Shown here: one piece after another, positions 61,501-64,000 of the stretch | Position numbering within the stretch: position 1 is the first letter of the stretch | Layout: each line of letters begins with the position of its first letter | Assembly: GCA_963708075.1 (NCBI GenBank) | Contig: OY970194.1 | Coordinates: forward strand, 1,056,001-1,120,000 | DNA length: 64,000 nucleotides | DNA from: Sedimentisphaerales bacterium | Lineage (GTDB): Bacteria > Planctomycetota > Phycisphaerae > Sedimentisphaerales > Anaerobacaceae | Reading direction: 5' to 3' | The notes under the pieces: model-generated | Seen by the model: only the letters and a program-made list of their open reading frames with translations | The model's database searches: none | What the model was told of the DNA's origin: nothing | Program-made: the position numbers and the translations under genes

Positions 61501-62273
61501 ACGGTCTGACAATTCTGTGGGGCGACGTAGGCGTTTCCTGCTCTGGGACTTCTCCCACGATCAAGCGGTGCAACATCACGGCCAACCGCAAGGTGGGCCT
61601 CAGATTGCAGAATCAGAGCAATCCCACGATCACAGATTGCCGGATCACGGCCAATGATGGCCCGGGCATCGAGATGTCGTCAGTACGGCAGGGGCGTCTC
61701 GTCCGGTACAGCCAGGCGACGATCAGCAACTGTATCATCGCCGCCAATCGCCGGCAGGGCATCTTCGGCGGCAAACCTACGATCGCCAACTGCACGATCG
61801 TGGAGAATCTCGATGAGGGGATCACCGCCACCGTCCCGGTGGTGACGAACTCGATTATCTATTTTAACAATCGCGACGGCGACGGCACCCAGATCAATAG
61901 CAACTTCGCCACCGTTACGTACTGCGACGTCGAAGGCGGCTGGGAAGGCGACGGCAATATCCAGGCTGACCCGAACTTTGTGGAGTTGGGACGCTGGGTG
62001 AGCGCGAACGAAGCGACGGCAGATCCCGGGGTCTGGTGGGCAGGCGATTACCATCTCAAGAGCCAGGGGCTGCGATGGGATGGCGGAAGCAACTCCTGGG
62101 TCTCGGATAGTGTCACGAGCCCGTGCATCGACGCAGGCGATCCAGCTTCTCCGCTCCTCGATGAGCCTCTGACGATGACGCAGACCGGCGGCCAGCAGTA
62201 CCTGAACGCGCGGATCGATATGGGCGCCTACGGCGGCACAGCCGAAGCCAGCTTCGCGCCGCTGTCCAAGTAA
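58524..62273 (+). CDS. Secreted protein: beta-helix, two PKD-like domains, beta-propeller, second beta-helix
   Basis: Signal peptide; SIQ.AI...GGGI repeats, SPCIDAGDP twice, LDGS/T..YDP..W.Q..G, PAISD..VVW.D.RN repeats. Confidence 0.85.
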   Translation: MKKTVLSVLIASCVFAVSASATTRKVPSEYPSIQMAIQDCTDGDTVLVAPGVYYETINFGGRDIVVTGTDPNDSKIVGYTIIDADGDGSTVTFENGETSAAVLTGFTITGGFGTLNTTVEGGNAFWGGGIYCINASPTITRNIITRNEGPTEMDLMTGQGEVSYGGGIAAIYCDPIITHNIIRNNTGMIGGGMILYIGDPLVSNNIISDNSSYVGGGVILLGGTLINNTITRNDCDAGPEPGIGGNLYAIFDPQFGRSQVSGNILSDAVSGGGILWQGDMPVDLFKYNNVWNNATGNYLSMNPNTGETQYDGQNDRTGTMGNISVDPLFVNPMNRDYHLTFESPCIDAGDPQWVFDEGQIDIDGQPRVHGSRIDIGADEYLGYVKPVAVAGFDQHVLAPLETIMLDGSQSRFYDPCSIRTFRWTQVEGASVALSDPNSATVTFTPEAMGEYAFELIVADDRYASEADRVVVLVGANQPPVSSAGADRVSQAPGVAVLDGTGSYDPDGVDRLRYAWRQIDGPPVELRDAETARPSFACEVEGQYAFELVVSDGFVDSPPSRTNTVAVSVTKSLLSKSVTPTTTPGMSYHPDISGGRIVCTTGLGVTTWQIAFKDLGTGVTEMFTGGGMNMQPKVDGDLVVWTGASFTTTYGPVCSSVFVRNVSTGSQQTLRAGTDTSSFSHPAVSGNKVVWVEHRGIDRNTPEKWYNMPYDICGADVSNPQKPRYFTIAVAAGRRDPFPLANPTTEHDVLDICDDMVVWEGQGNIYAAFIRDLNDIQVYTVCDHPARQYDPAISDRFVVWTDERNDQGDIYGADISALCDIREFEVAKRPGYQQQPTVDGTQIVYITGSGLRGSAGLACRTRTYGFLDIDLPELANATTPVLDGTTLVWVQASSGSIQGYSLSFGYSIFDGDVQNARTSRRYDYIQHAISDANTGDEVVAGQRSYVEQIDFLGKALTVRSSDPTDPGVVSGTVIQNRSTLVTFANKEGADSVLDGLTILWGDVGVSCSGTSPTIKRCNITANRKVGLRLQNQSNPTITDCRITANDGPGIEMSSVRQGRLVRYSQATISNCIIAANRRQGIFGGKPTIANCTIVENLDEGITATVPVVTNSIIYFNNRDGDGTQINSNFATVTYCDVEGGWEGDGNIQADPNFVELGRWVSANEATADPGVWWAGDYHLKSQGLRWDGGSNSWVSDSVTSPCIDAGDPASPLLDEPLTMTQTGGQQYLNARIDMGAYGGTAEASFAPLSK

Positions 62274-62290
62274 GCAGTTAACCGATAGTA

Positions 62291-62440
62291 CCGATTACAC
62301 ATTAGTCCCCCGTGGCGCATCATCAGGCTCGGGTGGCAGCGGCAAGGCCGAAGGCTTTGCCGATGGCGAATGGTCAAACCATCGGCAAGCTCGCGCTTGC
62401 CGATGCCACCCGGAGATACGATATTCTCAGGTGTAATCGG
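62291..62440. repeat. Miniature palindromic element (shell plus hairpin core), copy 2
   Basis: Terminal IRs CCGATTACAC/GTGTAATCGG; core 62331-62411. Confidence 0.85.
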
Positions 62441-62536
62441 GATAAGATGCCGACAGTAGATGGCCGGCAGTGGCAACTGACCGATCGCTGCATGTGTTCA
62501 GCTTTCTTCTGTGAGTCGGTAGGGTTTGGAGATGTG

Positions 62537-63391
62537 CTATTGACCGGCCTGAAGCATGGCTTTGAGCCGCTGCAACTCCCCGTCTTTCATGTGGTAGCTG
62601 TGCTCAGGGTTGGGGAACTTGCCGGACTTCACTTCCTCGGCGTACGCTCGCATAGCCTCAACAGCCTGGGTGCCTAACTGCCCATAAGCTTTTGTGAATT
62701 TGGGCAAACGCCCCCCTGAGAGCCCGAGGATGTCGGGAGCAATCAGGATCTGTCCATCGCAACCCGATCCTGAGCCACAACTGATCACGGGTACATCGGA
62801 CTGCTCCGTGATAGTCTGGGCAACCTCGGCAGCGGTGCCTTCAATTAGCAGGGCACCCGCACCTGCCTGAATCATCTGTCGAGCCAAAGCGATGAGCTCG
62901 ATCGCCATCTCCGCCGTCGTGGCCTCCGCGCGGAATCGGCCCATTGTGCTGATCCTCTGCGGACGGATTCCGATGTGCGCCATTACGGCGATGCCCGCAT
63001 CGGCAACGGCTTTGATCGTGTCCAATTGAGCGGCAGCAGCTTCGATCTTCACCATCTGGGCGCCGGACTCGACGAGGAACCGTCCTGCGTTTCGCACGGC
63101 CTCCGCAGTGCTGGTGTGATAAGATAGGAAGGGCATATCCGCGATCAGATAGACAGTTGGGGCCCCTCGGCGAACTGCGGCGGTGATTGTCACCATGAAA
63201 TCCATCGTCGCCGGCAACGTCGAATCGAAGCCGAGCATCAACTGAGCGGCGGAGTCGCCGACGAGAATGATCTCCACGGGGGCTTGCGAGACGATGCGGG
63301 CAGTTGTGTAATCATAGCAACTGACTGCGACGACGCGGCGGTGCTCCTGCTTGGCCAGCAACAAGTCTGTAATCGTGATGCGATTGTCCAT
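62537..63391 (-). CDS. panB: 3-methyl-2-oxobutanoate hydroxymethyltransferase
   Basis: YD, ILVGDS, ADMPFLSY, VKIE, AHIGIRPQ, CDGQIL...DILG. Confidence 0.94.
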   Translation of the reverse strand: MDNRITITDLLLAKQEHRRVVAVSCYDYTTARIVSQAPVEIILVGDSAAQLMLGFDSTLPATMDFMVTITAAVRRGAPTVYLIADMPFLSYHTSTAEAVRNAGRFLVESGAQMVKIEAAAAQLDTIKAVADAGIAVMAHIGIRPQRISTMGRFRAEATTAEMAIELIALARQMIQAGAGALLIEGTAAEVAQTITEQSDVPVISCGSGSGCDGQILIAPDILGLSGGRLPKFTKAYGQLGTQAVEAMRAYAEEVKSGKFPNPEHSYHMKDGELQRLKAMLQAGQ

Positions 63392-63692
63392 CCGTCAAAC
63401 GCCCAAAAATTAACAGCCTTTCCGTTACAATAGTAGAACAAAACACGCATTGCAAGCGTAAAATAGTCGTGTTAAGGGTCGAGAATGAGGCCATTGTCAG
63501 CCGGAGAGCGAGAAAAACTTGAGAATTTCGAAATTCGCTCTTGATTTTCGCTGGCAAAGACGTATTTTCGCAATATCTTCTGTTTTTGCTAAAGAATTGT
63601 CGGCCTATGAAACGATGAATGAAGTAGCAAGTGGTAATTGGATAACAGAAGCCTTTAAGGCAGACAAATAGCTTTTCATCACCCTCCTCCGA

Positions 63693-63725
63693 AGCCAGAT
63701 TCTTTAACAGGGATCTGGCTTTTTT
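63693..63725 (+). terminator. Intrinsic terminator with no large ORF upstream
   Basis: AGCCAGAT...ATCTGGCT stem plus TTTTT. Confidence 0.75.
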
Positions 63726-64000
63726 ACAGCCTCTTTCGATGTTAAAATGGGAAGCTGTCGGCATGAGCGGGTGATAGAGTGGGTAATCACGATAGCTGTG
63801 GAGGACTCCGATTTGCATCACGTACTTCTTTGGGTCCTCACTCTCTGCTCCGGCCCCGTTGCGGGGGTGTCTTGCAGTTCAGGTAGTTCTGTGTGCGTAG
63901 CGGGGCCACTGCTGCGTGGACCTGCATCTCCCATTCAACTCGGGTTATCGGTCGAATGTCGGCCGAGGCGGCCGGTTACGTGGGAGTTCGTGCGCTGGCA

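Overview
A GC-rich bacterial chromosomal window. The gene content (secreted clan GH-A hydrolases, LamG/PPC/beta-helix surface proteins with DPN motifs, waaA) suggests an anaerobic planctomycete of the Phycisphaerae/Sedimentisphaerales type; this is inference. Core and catabolic genes include deoC, waaA, an rmlACDB-type operon, an FMN-dependent glutamate synthase-like gene with a divergent LysR, a family-4 UDG and panB. Four accessory spots interrupt them. (1) An IS256 and two IS630 elements are stacked behind tRNA-Arg(CCG). (2) A REP-bounded ~7 kb islet carries a Cys-rich/HNH/AP2 gene with a heptad-repeat hairpin leader and two degenerate copies of its own 3' end, a GHKL(MORC-like)-ATPase/PD-(D/E)xK nuclease fusion with an SPPY methyltransferase, and vapBC. 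(3) A HEPN-MNT pair is followed by a 171-bp MITE, a tRNA-Gly remnant, and Abi-alpha-like and TIGR02391-like genes. (4) An intact ISKra4-like element has an 8-bp target duplication, and its ends match that MITE. The most unusual signals are the HNH-AP2 locus and 'shell-and-core' miniature elements, in which IS-type ends enclose REP-like hairpin cores that vary in identity and orientation. Several single-base frameshifts in otherwise intact genes may be sequencing errors. All family calls come from motif recognition by eye, not database searches.
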